Position numbers and translations under genes: made by a program | DNA from: Candidatus Eiseniibacteriota bacterium | Lineage (GTDB): Bacteria > Eisenbacteria > RBG-16-71-46 > CAVPCR01 | Length of the DNA: 64,000 nt | Direction of reading: 5' to 3' | Assembly (NCBI GenBank): GCA_963823555.1 | Contig: CAWGMA010000003.1 | Coordinates: 460,506 to 524,505, forward strand | The notes under the pieces: generated by a model | Told to the model about the DNA's origin: nothing | The model's input: the letters and a program-made list of their open reading frames with translations, nothing else | The model's database searches: none | Part shown: positions 50,040 to 59,868 of the stretch, one piece after another | How the letters are laid out: the number at the start of each line of letters is the position of its first letter | Position numbering within the stretch: the stretch's first letter is position 1

Positions 50040-51299
50040 TTGCTAGACTCGACCGCCATGTCCCAGGATCCGCGCCTCGTCATCCGCCCCCAGACCGGTC
50101 CCGAGCGGGTGGCCCTGCATCACGATCTCGCGCTCAGCCGCTTCCTGCCCACCGGCGGCCATCGCGACTCAACGCGCCGCATCCAGGTCGGAACCGTGCC
50201 GATCGGAGGTGGCGCACCGGTCAGCGTCCAGACCATGACCAAGACCGACACCGCGGATGTGGCGGCCACGGTCGCCGAGATCCAGAAGGTGGCGACGGCC
50301 GGCGCCGACATCGTGCGCCTCGCCGTTCCCGACAATGCCGCCGCGGCGGCCCTCCCTGCCATCAAGGCCGCCAGCCCGATCCCGATCATCGCGGATATCC
50401 ACTTCAACTACCTGCTCGCGCTCCGCGCCCTCGAGGCGGGTGTCGATGGTTTGCGACTCAACCCGGGCAATGTGGGCGGTCGCGAACGGGTGGAGACCGT
50501 GGCGCGCGAGGCGCAGGCCCGCCACGTGCCGATCCGCATCGGCGTCAACGCCGGCTCTCTCGAACGCGACCTCCTCGAGGCGCACGGTGGGCCGACTCCC
50601 GAGGCCATGGTCGAGAGCGGGCTCCGTCACATCCAGATCCTCGAGGATGTCGGCTTCTTCGCCATCAAGGTGAGCCTCAAAGCCTCGAACGTGCCGATGA
50701 CGGTAGCCGCCTATCGGCTCATGGCCAAGCGCAGCCGCTATCCGCTCCATCTCGGGATCACCGAGGCCGGCACCGCGCGCTCCGGCGCCGTCAAGTCCGC
50801 GGTCGGTCTCGGCATCCTGCTTGCCGAGGGCATCGGAGACACGATCCGGGTCTCCCTCGCCACCGATCCCGCCGAGGAGGTCGTGGTCGGGATCCAGATC
50901 CTGCGCTCGCTCGCGCTCCGGGCGCCTGGCGTCAACGTGATCGCGTGCCCGAGCTGCGGGCGCACCGAGATCGATGTCGAGAAGGTGGCGACCGCGGTCG
51001 AGAAGCGGATCGGGTCGCTGCCCTATCAGGTCAACGTGGCGGTCATGGGGTGCGCGGTGAACGGGCCCGGGGAGGCGGCTGAAGCCCAGCTCGGGTTCGC
51101 CGCGGGGGGGCGCGGCGGGCTTCTCTACCGCGACGGCAAGGTGGTCGGGCGCGTGCAAGCGAGCGAGGAAGAGATTGCCGATGTGCTCGCGCGCGAGGTC
51201 GAGGCCTGGGCTCTCGGCCAGCCTTCACCCGCCGAGAGCACCGGAGAGGCGGTGGCGGAGCATCATCCCCATGATGAAGCGGGTGATCCGGGGCTCTAG
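50040..51299 (+). CDS. ispG: 4-hydroxy-3-methylbut-2-enyl diphosphate synthase (flavodoxin-type IspG/GcpE)
   Basis: TIM-barrel blocks (VSVQTMTKTDT, ADIVRLAVPD, IPIIADIHFNY) and C-terminal [4Fe-4S] Cys motif CPSCGRTEID...GCAVNGPGE. Confidence 0.92.
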   Translation: MLDSTAMSQDPRLVIRPQTGPERVALHHDLALSRFLPTGGHRDSTRRIQVGTVPIGGGAPVSVQTMTKTDTADVAATVAEIQKVATAGADIVRLAVPDNAAAAALPAIKAASPIPIIADIHFNYLLALRALEAGVDGLRLNPGNVGGRERVETVAREAQARHVPIRIGVNAGSLERDLLEAHGGPTPEAMVESGLRHIQILEDVGFFAIKVSLKASNVPMTVAAYRLMAKRSRYPLHLGITEAGTARSGAVKSAVGLGILLAEGIGDTIRVSLATDPAEEVVVGIQILRSLALRAPGVNVIACPSCGRTEIDVEKVATAVEKRIGSLPYQVNVAVMGCAVNGPGEAAEAQLGFAAGGRGGLLYRDGKVVGRVQASEEEIADVLAREVEAWALGQPSPAESTGEAVAEHHPHDEAGDPGL

Positions 51300-51692
51300 G
51301 GATTCGGATTACTCCCTCGCATCGAGCGCGGGAGAGTGGCCAGAAAGCGACCGCCCCGGAACCAGATCGGCTCCCACTCCCTGGCCAGGTTCCATCTCCA
51401 AGATCACTTAGATCACCACCGGATCATCAATTCCGTTGACAATTGGGCACCGTGGAGAGACAAGGGAGGGGGTGGCGCGCCCAAGGGGATGGTGGCAGGC
51501 GCCAGCACCAGGGCCGGGATGGGGGTTTCACCGTAAGGAGCGCACTCGCAGGCTGATGCGAACGGCACCGCCCCTAGGCTAGACACAACCAAGGTCCGTT
51601 TCCGTTCGATCGGCCCGTGAGCAACGCTCTCGGCGTGCTCGCAAACCCGTGAGTTCGCGAACAGGCTCGGCCTCGATCAACGAGGGACCAAG

Positions 51693-52193
51693 ATGAGTTG
51701 GCCGACTTCATTGGCGGGTCTCAGGAGAGACCTGCACGGTCGCCGCGGCGCGAACGACGCATCACCACGAGAGACGGAGCATCACGCCTCGGTCGACGAA
51801 GATTCCATCCGGGAACCCGCGCCCAGCGCGGATCGTACCGGGCCGTCCGGGGTCCACGGATCCCAGCATCGCTGTCATCACTCCGGAATCGAGATCACCG
51901 ACATCCAGGTTCGACTGGTCGATAACGATCGACTGCGGGCCTGGGCGACGATCACCTTCAACGGCGCCTTCGTCATCAAGGGAATCCGGATCATCCTGGG
52001 CAATCAGCGACTCTTCGTGGCCATGCCTTCGAAGCAGCAGAAGGATGGCAAGTACCAGGACATCGCCCATCCGATCAACCCGGATTTCCGCAAGTTCCTG
52101 GAGGAGTCCATCCTCGAGGTCTATCGCATCATCGAGGCTGAGGACGGCGGACATCCGGTCAGTTCGTCCGCCGAGGATCTGGGGGATTTCTAG
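51693..52193 (+). CDS. spoVG: SpoVG family protein with about 70-aa N-terminal extension
   Basis: EITDIQVRLVDNDRLRAWATITFNGAFVIKGIRIILGNQRLFVAMPSKQQKDGKYQDIAHPINPDFR matches the SpoVG core. The only in-frame ATG gives an N-terminal extension. Confidence 0.8.
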   Translation: MSWPTSLAGLRRDLHGRRGANDASPRETEHHASVDEDSIREPAPSADRTGPSGVHGSQHRCHHSGIEITDIQVRLVDNDRLRAWATITFNGAFVIKGIRIILGNQRLFVAMPSKQQKDGKYQDIAHPINPDFRKFLEESILEVYRIIEAEDGGHPVSSSAEDLGDF

Positions 52194-53934
52194 AAGAGGT
52201 CGCGTCCTCCCGGCGCGCCGGGTCTTCCGGCTCCACCATCATCGTCTTCTCGCGGAGGCAGATCGCTGTCCCCGGCGGTGACCGGCGCGGTTTCCGCACG
52301 TAGCGCTTCTCGGTCACGATCACCGGCACCAGACGCGAGTGGCGTGCCGCACTGAAGTGCGCCGCGGCGGCGGCGGCGGCCCGTACCACCGCGGCCGGTG
52401 CCTGCGCGTGTCCACCATCAGCGCGGCGCAAGATCACGTGCGAGCCCGCCGCGCCGCTCACGTGCAACCAGAGATCCCGGGGGTGTGCCAGCTCGTGTGT
52501 GAGGACATCGTTGTCCGCGTTGCTCCGTCCCACCCAGACCTCCCACCCGCTCCCGAGCGCATAGCTCCTGTACGGGAGGCGCGCCGTAGCCTCGGCCTTG
52601 GCTCTGCTTCGGGCCGGGGTGCGGCCGCCGGCTCCCGAGGCGAGTTCGGGTAGATCCTTCGTTACGAGGCCCGCGCTCACCAGTTCCGCGACGAAGGCGG
52701 CGAGATCGGCATCCGGGACTTCACTGATGCGGGCCTGGGCCTCCGTCACCCCGGCAGCCCGCTCCATGATCTCCTGCGCACGCAGCTCGAGGTGCTCGCG
52801 GGCGCGCTCCGCACGACGCGCCGACTGGAAGTAGTCCTCGGCATTGGCGGCCGGCGACCGCCGGGGGTCGAGCGTGATCGCGATCGGCGCCTCACCGCCT
52901 GCTGGATCCGGCAACTCGACCGCGGCGGCGCCGCGCGGCACGCGATGGAGATGCGCGAGCAGAGTCTCGCCTTGACGCCTGAGGAGCCGGGCATCGCCGA
53001 GCTTCGCGCGATCGGCATCGAGGGCGCGCCGGGCGCGACCGATCTTCGAGCTCTCGGTCTTGAGCGCGCGCGTCGCCGCGGCGCGCAATCCTGCCGCCCG
53101 CTCGCGGGCCCGTCGGAGCCGCGCCCACTCGACCAGGACCGGCAGCGGATCGCCCGCCTCCGCGCCGGCTCCCGCGGCGAGGGGGATGAGCTCCGGCTCG
53201 CCATCGACACCGGTCACGATGGCAATCGCTCCCGAATGGAGGGTCAGGCGCTCGGCGGCGGCGGCCGCATCGAGCGCCCCGGCGAGAATCGGTTCGATCA
53301 CCGCGGGCGCGACGCCACGCAGGCATTCGCCGGCGGCGGTGGCGAGCGCGGTTCCCCTCGCTTCCGCCGCCGAGAGCCGCGTGGTGAGGAAGGCCTGCAT
53401 GTCCGGCTGGTCCGCCGGAGTACCCTGGCCGAAGGGCAGGAGATAGGGGCCGCCGCGGGCCATCCGCCGATCATCGGCTCGCCGCGTGCCCGGCGCTCGA
53501 ACCGCGGCGATGATGGTCCCATCGGCGGTGATGACGGCAAAGGGGGTCCGGGGCAGCATCTCGAAGAAGAGGTCCGCTTCCGGGCGTGGACCTCGCTCCG
53601 CTTCGCTGCCTTCGCTCCTGCGATAGGTGTGGAAAGCGATGTGGAGAACCCGTTCACAACCCACGATCGCGATCCGCTGGATGAGCGCGCCGGCAAGCGT
53701 GGCGGGGGCGTCCCCGAGCTGGTCGGTGAGCCGCCGGTTGAGCGAACGCGTCGTCTCGAAGCGGACATGCGGCGCTCCCGGCTCCACGGCCAGGACGAGC
53801 ATCGCCGGTTCCGGCGTGCCCGCGAGCGCGAGAGCGAGCTCGCTTTCGTTCAAGAGCCCCACTCGCCGCACCCGCCTGCCTTCCGCGCGCAGAGCCAGCG
53901 CCCGAGCCACCGCATTCACGATGAGCGCATTCAT
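52159..53934 (-). CDS. NFACT-family protein (FbpA/RqcH-like, ribosome quality control homolog)
   Basis: N-terminal NFACT-N, coiled coil, C-terminal NFACT-R/DUF814 (SYALGSGWEVWVGRSNADNDVLTHELAHPRDLWLHVSGAAGSHVIL). Start at MNALIVN within the longer 680-aa ORF. Confidence 0.75.
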   Translation of the reverse strand: MNALIVNAVARALALRAEGRRVRRVGLLNESELALALAGTPEPAMLVLAVEPGAPHVRFETTRSLNRRLTDQLGDAPATLAGALIQRIAIVGCERVLHIAFHTYRRSEGSEAERGPRPEADLFFEMLPRTPFAVITADGTIIAAVRAPGTRRADDRRMARGGPYLLPFGQGTPADQPDMQAFLTTRLSAAEARGTALATAAGECLRGVAPAVIEPILAGALDAAAAAERLTLHSGAIAIVTGVDGEPELIPLAAGAGAEAGDPLPVLVEWARLRRARERAAGLRAAATRALKTESSKIGRARRALDADRAKLGDARLLRRQGETLLAHLHRVPRGAAAVELPDPAGGEAPIAITLDPRRSPAANAEDYFQSARRAERAREHLELRAQEIMERAAGVTEAQARISEVPDADLAAFVAELVSAGLVTKDLPELASGAGGRTPARSRAKAEATARLPYRSYALGSGWEVWVGRSNADNDVLTHELAHPRDLWLHVSGAAGSHVILRRADGGHAQAPAAVVRAAAAAAAHFSAARHSRLVPVIVTEKRYVRKPRRSPPGTAICLREKTMMVEPEDPARREDATSSRNPPDPRRTN

Positions 53935-54117
53935 GGCATGAACATACCTTGTGCGACGAGTTCTCCCCAAGCGGTCTCGCGCCGCGCGTTCGCCGTCTTT
54001 ACATCGCATCGCCCGAGGTGGCATACTGGCGGTTGCCACGACGATCGGATCAGGATCAAAGGACACGGTCTCTAGGATATGCAGCGTGCCGCGCAGTGTT
54101 CCGCGGCGGAGAGCTTC

Positions 54118-54993
54118 ATGAAGAGCATGACGGGCTTCGGGCGGGCGACGGTCGAGCTGGGAGGCCGCAGCTGCACCGCCGAGATCCGGACGGTCAATCA
54201 TCGCTACTGCGAGATCTCGCTGCGTCTGCCGCGGACGATGCAGGCCCTCGAGCCGGAATCACGCCGGCTCTTGCAAGAGCGCTTTCCGCGCGGCTCGGTC
54301 TCGGTCTCGGTCACGCTCGACGGTCGCGAAGACGATCCGGGCATGCTGATCGCCAACAGCGCGGTCACCCGCCGTTACATCGAGCTCTTGCGCGAGATCC
54401 AGAGCGAACATGGCATCGGTGGCGACATCGACATCAATACCATTGCCCTCCTTCCCGATCTGTTCAGCTATCAACAGGGCGAGGCGGACAAGAGCGAGTT
54501 GTGGCCGATTCTCGCGGCCGGTCTGGAGGCGGCTGCCGGGCGTGCCGACGAGAACCGCGGTCTCGAGGGCGGACATCTCGAACGCGAGTTCCGCCAGCGT
54601 GTTGCTCACATGGCGAAGATCCTCGAGCAAATCGAGGCCCGGGCGCCGCTGCGCGCCCTCGAGGTGAAGGAGCGGCTCAGGGCTCGCCTCGATCTCCTCG
54701 TGGCCGAGGGCGGGATCGATCCCGGTCGGCTGGCGCAGGAGATGGCCGTGCTCGCCGATCGCATCGATTTCACCGAGGAGACGGTGCGGCTGCGGGCCCA
54801 CACCCAGCAGTTCGTCGATCTCATCGCGAGCCCGGGGCCGCATGGGCGGAGACTCAACTTCCTCATCCAGGAGATGGGCCGCGAGGCCAACACCATCGGC
54901 TCCAAGGCCAATGACCCGGATCTCTCCGCGCTGGTCATCGAGCTCAAGGAAGAGGTCGAGAAGCTGCGCGAGCAAGTGCAGAACGTGGAATGA
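54118..54993 (+). CDS. yicC: YicC family stress-induced protein
   Basis: MKSMTGFGR N-terminus and C-terminal DUF1732 block (RLNFLIQEMGREANTIGSKA). Confidence 0.88.
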   Translation: MKSMTGFGRATVELGGRSCTAEIRTVNHRYCEISLRLPRTMQALEPESRRLLQERFPRGSVSVSVTLDGREDDPGMLIANSAVTRRYIELLREIQSEHGIGGDIDINTIALLPDLFSYQQGEADKSELWPILAAGLEAAAGRADENRGLEGGHLEREFRQRVAHMAKILEQIEARAPLRALEVKERLRARLDLLVAEGGIDPGRLAQEMAVLADRIDFTEETVRLRAHTQQFVDLIASPGPHGRRLNFLIQEMGREANTIGSKANDPDLSALVIELKEEVEKLREQVQNVE

Positions 54994-55658
54994 CGGGTGG
55001 AATCGGCGGCCGCAGCACGATGCCGGATCGGTTGACGAGGCCGTTCCCGATCGCCATCTCCGGACCATCCGGAGCGGGGAAGAGCTCGATCGTAGCCCGG
55101 CTTCTCGCCGCTGATGCGTGGCTGCGCCTGTCGGTCTCGGTGACGACGCGACCGAAGCGCTCGGGCGAGGTGGTGGGACGCGACTACACCTACGTGAGCC
55201 GCGGGGAGTTCGCGACCCTGGCTGCATCCGGAGCGCTCGTCGAGTCGGCCGAGGTGCACGGCAACGGATACGGCACCCCGCGGCAGCCGCTCGAGGAATG
55301 GCTGGCGGCAGGCCTGGATGTGCTGCTCGATGTCGACTACCAGGGCGGGCTCAAGATCAAAGCGGTCTATCCCGATGCGGTCCTGATCTTTCTCCTGCCG
55401 CCGTCATGGCGCGATCTCGAAGCGCGCCTGCGCGGCCGCAACAGCGATGCCGAGCCCGAAGTCGAGAAGCGGCTCAGGAATGCGGCGCGTGAGATTGCCG
55501 AGGGCGAGCGGTATGATTACTTCGTGGTCAATGCCGATCTCGATCGCGCGGTGGCGGAGGTCGCAACCATCATCGCCGCCGAGCGCCAGCGGAGCACGCG
55601 TCTCGAGTCAGGGTTCGGGGTGCTGATCGGCGCCCCGCCGCGTGCGCTCGAGGCCTAG
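54990..55658 (+). CDS. gmk: Guanylate kinase
   Basis: P-loop ISGPSGAGKSS, SVSVTTRPKRSGE, GNGYGTP. ATGA overlap with the yicC stop. Confidence 0.9.
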   Translation: MTGGIGGRSTMPDRLTRPFPIAISGPSGAGKSSIVARLLAADAWLRLSVSVTTRPKRSGEVVGRDYTYVSRGEFATLAASGALVESAEVHGNGYGTPRQPLEEWLAAGLDVLLDVDYQGGLKIKAVYPDAVLIFLLPPSWRDLEARLRGRNSDAEPEVEKRLRNAAREIAEGERYDYFVVNADLDRAVAEVATIIAAERQRSTRLESGFGVLIGAPPRALEA

Positions 55659-55688
55659 AACCAGAGAGTCGTCGGGAAGAGGTCGCAG

Positions 55689-56921
55689 ATGCTTACCGGG
55701 AAGAACGTGATCCTCGGCGTCACCGGCTCGATCGCCGCCTTCAAGGCGATCGAAGTGCTGCGCATGCTCGGCAAGGACGAGGATGCGCGCGTGACCACGA
55801 TCCTGACGCGGAACGCCACCCACTTCGTCGGTCCCCTGAGCTTCAGCGTGTTGTCGGGCCGACCCTGCCTCGTCGATCAGTACGCTGCGGAGGAGATGCG
55901 GGCGAGCTTCATCCCACCCGATGAGCCGGGCCGCGTGCCGCTCGTTCATATCGATCTGGCGCAGAACGCCGATCTCGTGCTGGTGGCTCCGGCCTCGGCC
56001 AATCTGCTCGGCAAGGTGGCCGGCGGGATCGCCGACGACCTCCTGAGCGTGACCATCATGGCGACGAGCGCTCCGGTCCTCTTCGCCCCGGCGATGAACA
56101 CGCGGATGTGGGAGAACCCGATCGTCGCGGGCAACGTGCGCCGGCTCGAGGAGCTCGGATACCACTTCGTCGGCCCGGACGCCGGCGATCTCGCCTGCGG
56201 CATCGGCGCCGGCCGGCTCGCCGAGCCGGCGGCGATCGTGGCCGCAGCGAAGGCGCTGCTCCTCGCCGGGCCCCTCACGGGGCGGACCGTGATCGTGACC
56301 GCCGGTCGCACCGAGGAGCCGATCGATCCGGTGCGGACGCTCTCCAACCGCTCGAGCGGGAGGATGGGCTACGCCCTGGCCGCGGCGGCTCGCGATCTCG
56401 GCGCGCGGGTCATCCTCATCAGCGGAGCGGCATCGGTGCCGCCGCCTGCGGGCGTCGAGCTCCAGATGGCCACCACGGCCGAAGCCATGCGCGAGCGTGT
56501 GGTCGCCGAGTTCGATCGAGCCGATGCGCTCATCATGGCGGCCGCAGTCGCCGACTATCGGCCCAAGGTCGAGAGCCGGGAGAAGATCCGCCGCGCCGCG
56601 GCGCCGCTCGCGCTCGAACTCGAGCCGACCGCGGACATTCTCGCCGAGGTCGGGAGGAAGAAGGGCCAGCGCGTGGTCGTCGGCTTCGCGCTCGAGACGG
56701 GCGAGGACGGCCCGGCGAGCGCGCGGCGGAAACTCGTGGAGAAGAGCCTGGATCTCGTCGTCCTCAACTGGGCCGCCGAGGCCATCGGCACCGATACCAC
56801 CCGCGCGGTGCTCATCGATGAGCGCGGCGAGCAGATGCTGCCGATGGCGGCGAAGGCGGAGGTCGCCCGCACCATCGTGGAGACGGTCGCGCGCCGCTTG
56901 CAGGAGAAGGGCGCGGCCTGA
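55689..56921 (+). CDS. coaBC: Bifunctional phosphopantothenoylcysteine decarboxylase / phosphopantothenate-cysteine ligase
   Basis: N-terminal flavoprotein domain (ILGVTGSIAAFKA...PAMN..MW) and C-terminal CoaB domain (ISNRSSGRMGYALA, AAVADYRP). Confidence 0.92.
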   Translation: MLTGKNVILGVTGSIAAFKAIEVLRMLGKDEDARVTTILTRNATHFVGPLSFSVLSGRPCLVDQYAAEEMRASFIPPDEPGRVPLVHIDLAQNADLVLVAPASANLLGKVAGGIADDLLSVTIMATSAPVLFAPAMNTRMWENPIVAGNVRRLEELGYHFVGPDAGDLACGIGAGRLAEPAAIVAAAKALLLAGPLTGRTVIVTAGRTEEPIDPVRTLSNRSSGRMGYALAAAARDLGARVILISGAASVPPPAGVELQMATTAEAMRERVVAEFDRADALIMAAAVADYRPKVESREKIRRAAAPLALELEPTADILAEVGRKKGQRVVVGFALETGEDGPASARRKLVEKSLDLVVLNWAAEAIGTDTTRAVLIDERGEQMLPMAAKAEVARTIVETVARRLQEKGAA

Positions 56922-56947
56922 GCGCAACCCAAGGAAGGGGAGGGGAG

Positions 56948-57871
56948 ATGACGCCGGAGGAGCGTGCCGTGATGGCCGAGTTGCGGCGGCGGGTGTCCCG
57001 GGAGATCGAAACCGGGAGCCGGTACGTGATCGACGCCGAGCTGGCAGCGAGCATCGGGAGTGCGGCAGGGATGGGGCCGAGCGCTGCCGCGCCGCCAGCG
57101 AGCGCCGGTGTGCCGCCAGCGAGCGCTGCTCCGCCGCGCGCCGCGGCGAGGGGAACGACCGGGCCAGCTGCGGCCGCGAACCGCGCCGCCGCTCCGCCTC
57201 CGGCAGCGCCGCCGGCCCCGGCGGGCGCATCGCGCCGCGGCGAGGCGGCTCCACCGAGCCCCGATCACGCCGAGCGCAGCGCGCGTCTCGCTGCCCTCAC
57301 CACGCGCGCCGAAGCCTGCACCCAATGCGCGCTCGCCGGCACCCGCAACAAGGTGGTCGTCGGCGTCGGCTGCCTCGATCCCGGGCTCATGCTCGTCGGT
57401 GAGGCGCCGGGCGCGGACGAGGATCGTCAGGGCGAACCCTTCGTGGGCCGCGCCGGGCAGCTGCTCACTCGCATCCTTGCCGCGATCGGTCTCGAGCGCA
57501 GCGATGTCTACATCGCCAATGTGTTGAAGTGCCGGCCGCCCGAGAATCGCAATCCGCTACCCGGCGAGATCGCCGCCTGCTCGCCATTCCTGGCCGAGCA
57601 GTTCGAGATCATTCGCCCGCGGGTGATCTGCGCTCTCGGCCGCTTCGCGGCATCGACCTTGCTGCGCACGCACCAGACCACGCTCGGTGCGCTGCGCGGC
57701 CGTATCCATGACTACCAGGGAATCCCGGTGGTCGTCACCTACCACCCCTCGGCGCTCTTGCGCTATCCGATGTACAAGAAGCCGACCTGGGAGGACATGC
57801 AGGTCGTGCAGAGGCTCCTCGCCGGGATGAGCGCCGAGGAGGCGCTGGTGCCGGCTGGCTCGGGATCCTGA
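56948..57871 (+). CDS. Uracil-DNA glycosylase, family 4, with Ala/Pro-rich N-terminal extension
   Basis: C-terminal about 190 aa with family-4 motifs (GEAPGADEDRQGEPFVGRAGQLL, Fe-S Cys residues CTQC...C, HPSALLR). About 110-aa low-complexity N-terminal region. Confidence 0.85.
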   Translation: MTPEERAVMAELRRRVSREIETGSRYVIDAELAASIGSAAGMGPSAAAPPASAGVPPASAAPPRAAARGTTGPAAAANRAAAPPPAAPPAPAGASRRGEAAPPSPDHAERSARLAALTTRAEACTQCALAGTRNKVVVGVGCLDPGLMLVGEAPGADEDRQGEPFVGRAGQLLTRILAAIGLERSDVYIANVLKCRPPENRNPLPGEIAACSPFLAEQFEIIRPRVICALGRFAASTLLRTHQTTLGALRGRIHDYQGIPVVVTYHPSALLRYPMYKKPTWEDMQVVQRLLAGMSAEEALVPAGSGS

Positions 57872-58157
57872 TCGGGCCGGCAGCCGTCGTGATACGGTCT
57901 GCCGCGTTCGCACTGGTTTCGACGAGCTTCGGGTTTGGACAAGCTCTGGTTTCGAGCTAGGTCATTTTGAGGTCGTCGGCCGCGGCGTTCGGCGCCGTGC
58001 CGGCCAGGGATCGCGGGACCTGGCGGGGTGATCTCTCGCGCGCCGCGAGCGCAGGTGAGATCTCCCCGGCAAGCCTCGTGGTCCTCCCGGGACCGATCGC
58101 CTCCATCCACTGCCGAGTGGGCGCCGCGGCCGCTGGCCGAGCGTCCGGGGGAAGACC

Positions 58158-59528
58158 ATGAACCGTCCCACCTTTGCCACCGAGTTCGAGGGGCTTGTCC
58201 CGCCGCAGGCCCTCGATGCCGAGCGCGCCGTGCTCGGTGCCATGTGCCTGAGCCAGGAGGCGATCGCCCGGGCCGTCGAACGGCTCGAGGAGCGCTCGTT
58301 CTACCGGGAGTCTCATCGCCGCATCTGGGCCGCGATCATCGCCATCTTCGAGCGCGGCGAGGCGGTCGACCTGATCACGCTCCGCGAGGAGCTCACGCGT
58401 CGCGGCGAGATCGAGTCGATCGGTGGTACCGCTTACCTGACCGATCTCTTCGAGTACATGCCGGCTGCCGCCAACGTCGACTACCACGCCCGCATCGTGG
58501 CCGAGAAGGCCATCATGCGCCGGCTGATCGAGGCGGCCACCTCCATCAACGAGGAGAGCTATCGCGGCGCCGAGGCCGCCGAGGTCGTGCTCGACCGGGC
58601 CCAGGAGCGCATCTTCGACATCTCCGCGGCACGCGCCCGCCGTGGGTTCATTCCCATGCGGCAGGTGGTCATGGACACGTTCGAGATCATCCAGGAGCTC
58701 TACGACAAGAAGAGTCACGTCACGGGACTCGAGTCCGGGTTCATCGATCTCGATGCCAAGACCGCCGGCTTCCAGAAGACCGACCTGATCATCGTGGCGG
58801 GACGCCCGTCGATGGGCAAGACGAGCTTCTGCCTGAACATCGCCGAGCATTGCGCCATCAAGAACCGCACTCCCGTGGCCATCTTCAGCCTGGAAATGGC
58901 CAAGGAGCAGGTCGCGCAGCGCATGCTCTGCTCCCAGTCGCGTGTGGATGGCCACCGCCTGCGGACAGGATATCTGCGTGATGCCGAGTGGACGGCCTTG
59001 ACCCGTGCCGCGAGCGAGCTCTCGGAAGCGCCGATCTACATCGATGACACGCCGGGCGTCTCCATCCTCGAGCTCAGGGCCAAGGCCCGCCGCCTGGCCA
59101 TGGAGGTCAAGAGCCTCGGCCTCATCGTCGTCGACTACCTGCAGCTCATGCGGGGCGGCGACGATGCGGAGAACCGGCAGCAGGAGATCTCGCGCATCTC
59201 CCAGGCCCTCAAGTCGCTGGCCAAGGAGCTCGGGGTGCCGGTGCTCGCCCTTTCCCAGCTCTCGCGCGCGGTCGAGCAGCGCGGCGGGGATCGCCGGCCG
59301 GTGCTCTCGGACCTGCGCGAGTCCGGGGCCATCGAGCAGGACGCCGATGTCGTGCTCTTCATCTACCGGCCGGAGATCTACGACCCGGAGAACGAGGAGA
59401 CCCGCGGCATCGCCGAGATCATCATCGGCAAGCAGCGTAACGGCCCCGTGGGCACGGTGCGCCTGGCCTTCCTGTCGAGCTTCGCGCGCTTCGACAACCT
59501 GGCCCAGCTCGCGGAGACCCCCTTCTAG
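58158..59528 (+). CDS. dnaB: Replicative DNA helicase DnaB
   Basis: 456 aa. N-terminal primase-interaction domain, Walker A AGRPSMGKTSF, Walker B VVDYLQLM, arginine finger and other RecA-fold blocks. Confidence 0.93.
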   Translation: MNRPTFATEFEGLVPPQALDAERAVLGAMCLSQEAIARAVERLEERSFYRESHRRIWAAIIAIFERGEAVDLITLREELTRRGEIESIGGTAYLTDLFEYMPAAANVDYHARIVAEKAIMRRLIEAATSINEESYRGAEAAEVVLDRAQERIFDISAARARRGFIPMRQVVMDTFEIIQELYDKKSHVTGLESGFIDLDAKTAGFQKTDLIIVAGRPSMGKTSFCLNIAEHCAIKNRTPVAIFSLEMAKEQVAQRMLCSQSRVDGHRLRTGYLRDAEWTALTRAASELSEAPIYIDDTPGVSILELRAKARRLAMEVKSLGLIVVDYLQLMRGGDDAENRQQEISRISQALKSLAKELGVPVLALSQLSRAVEQRGGDRRPVLSDLRESGAIEQDADVVLFIYRPEIYDPENEETRGIAEIIIGKQRNGPVGTVRLAFLSSFARFDNLAQLAETPF

Positions 59529-59868
59529 GCGCGGGGACCGGGCGAATCTCGCGCCCCGGGAGCGGGGAGGTCGGCGTCCCGCCGGGCCGCAGGCGCGGAC
59601 AGGTGAAGCTCTCGGGGGGAAGCCGGGCTGGCAGCCCACCCAAGTTGTGCCTGGGCAAGACCATCGGCGGCGCGGTCCAGACGGGCAATCCTCTTCATTG
59701 CTAGGCATTTGCCGCATCGTCCGGACCCTGCTATGATATTCGACAGAATCCACGGTGGCCAACCACCCCCGGACCCGCCTGAACGGGGTGGGTGGCCTTT
59801 TTGCGCATAGCCCCTCCCGGTGCCCGCACTTAGCACGTCCCGGGAGTTCGCCCGACAAGGAGGCCTCA

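Noticed and set aside
47783-50083. 766-aa ORF antisense to selB
   Set aside because: Non-coding-like composition. The plus strand encodes an unambiguous SelB.
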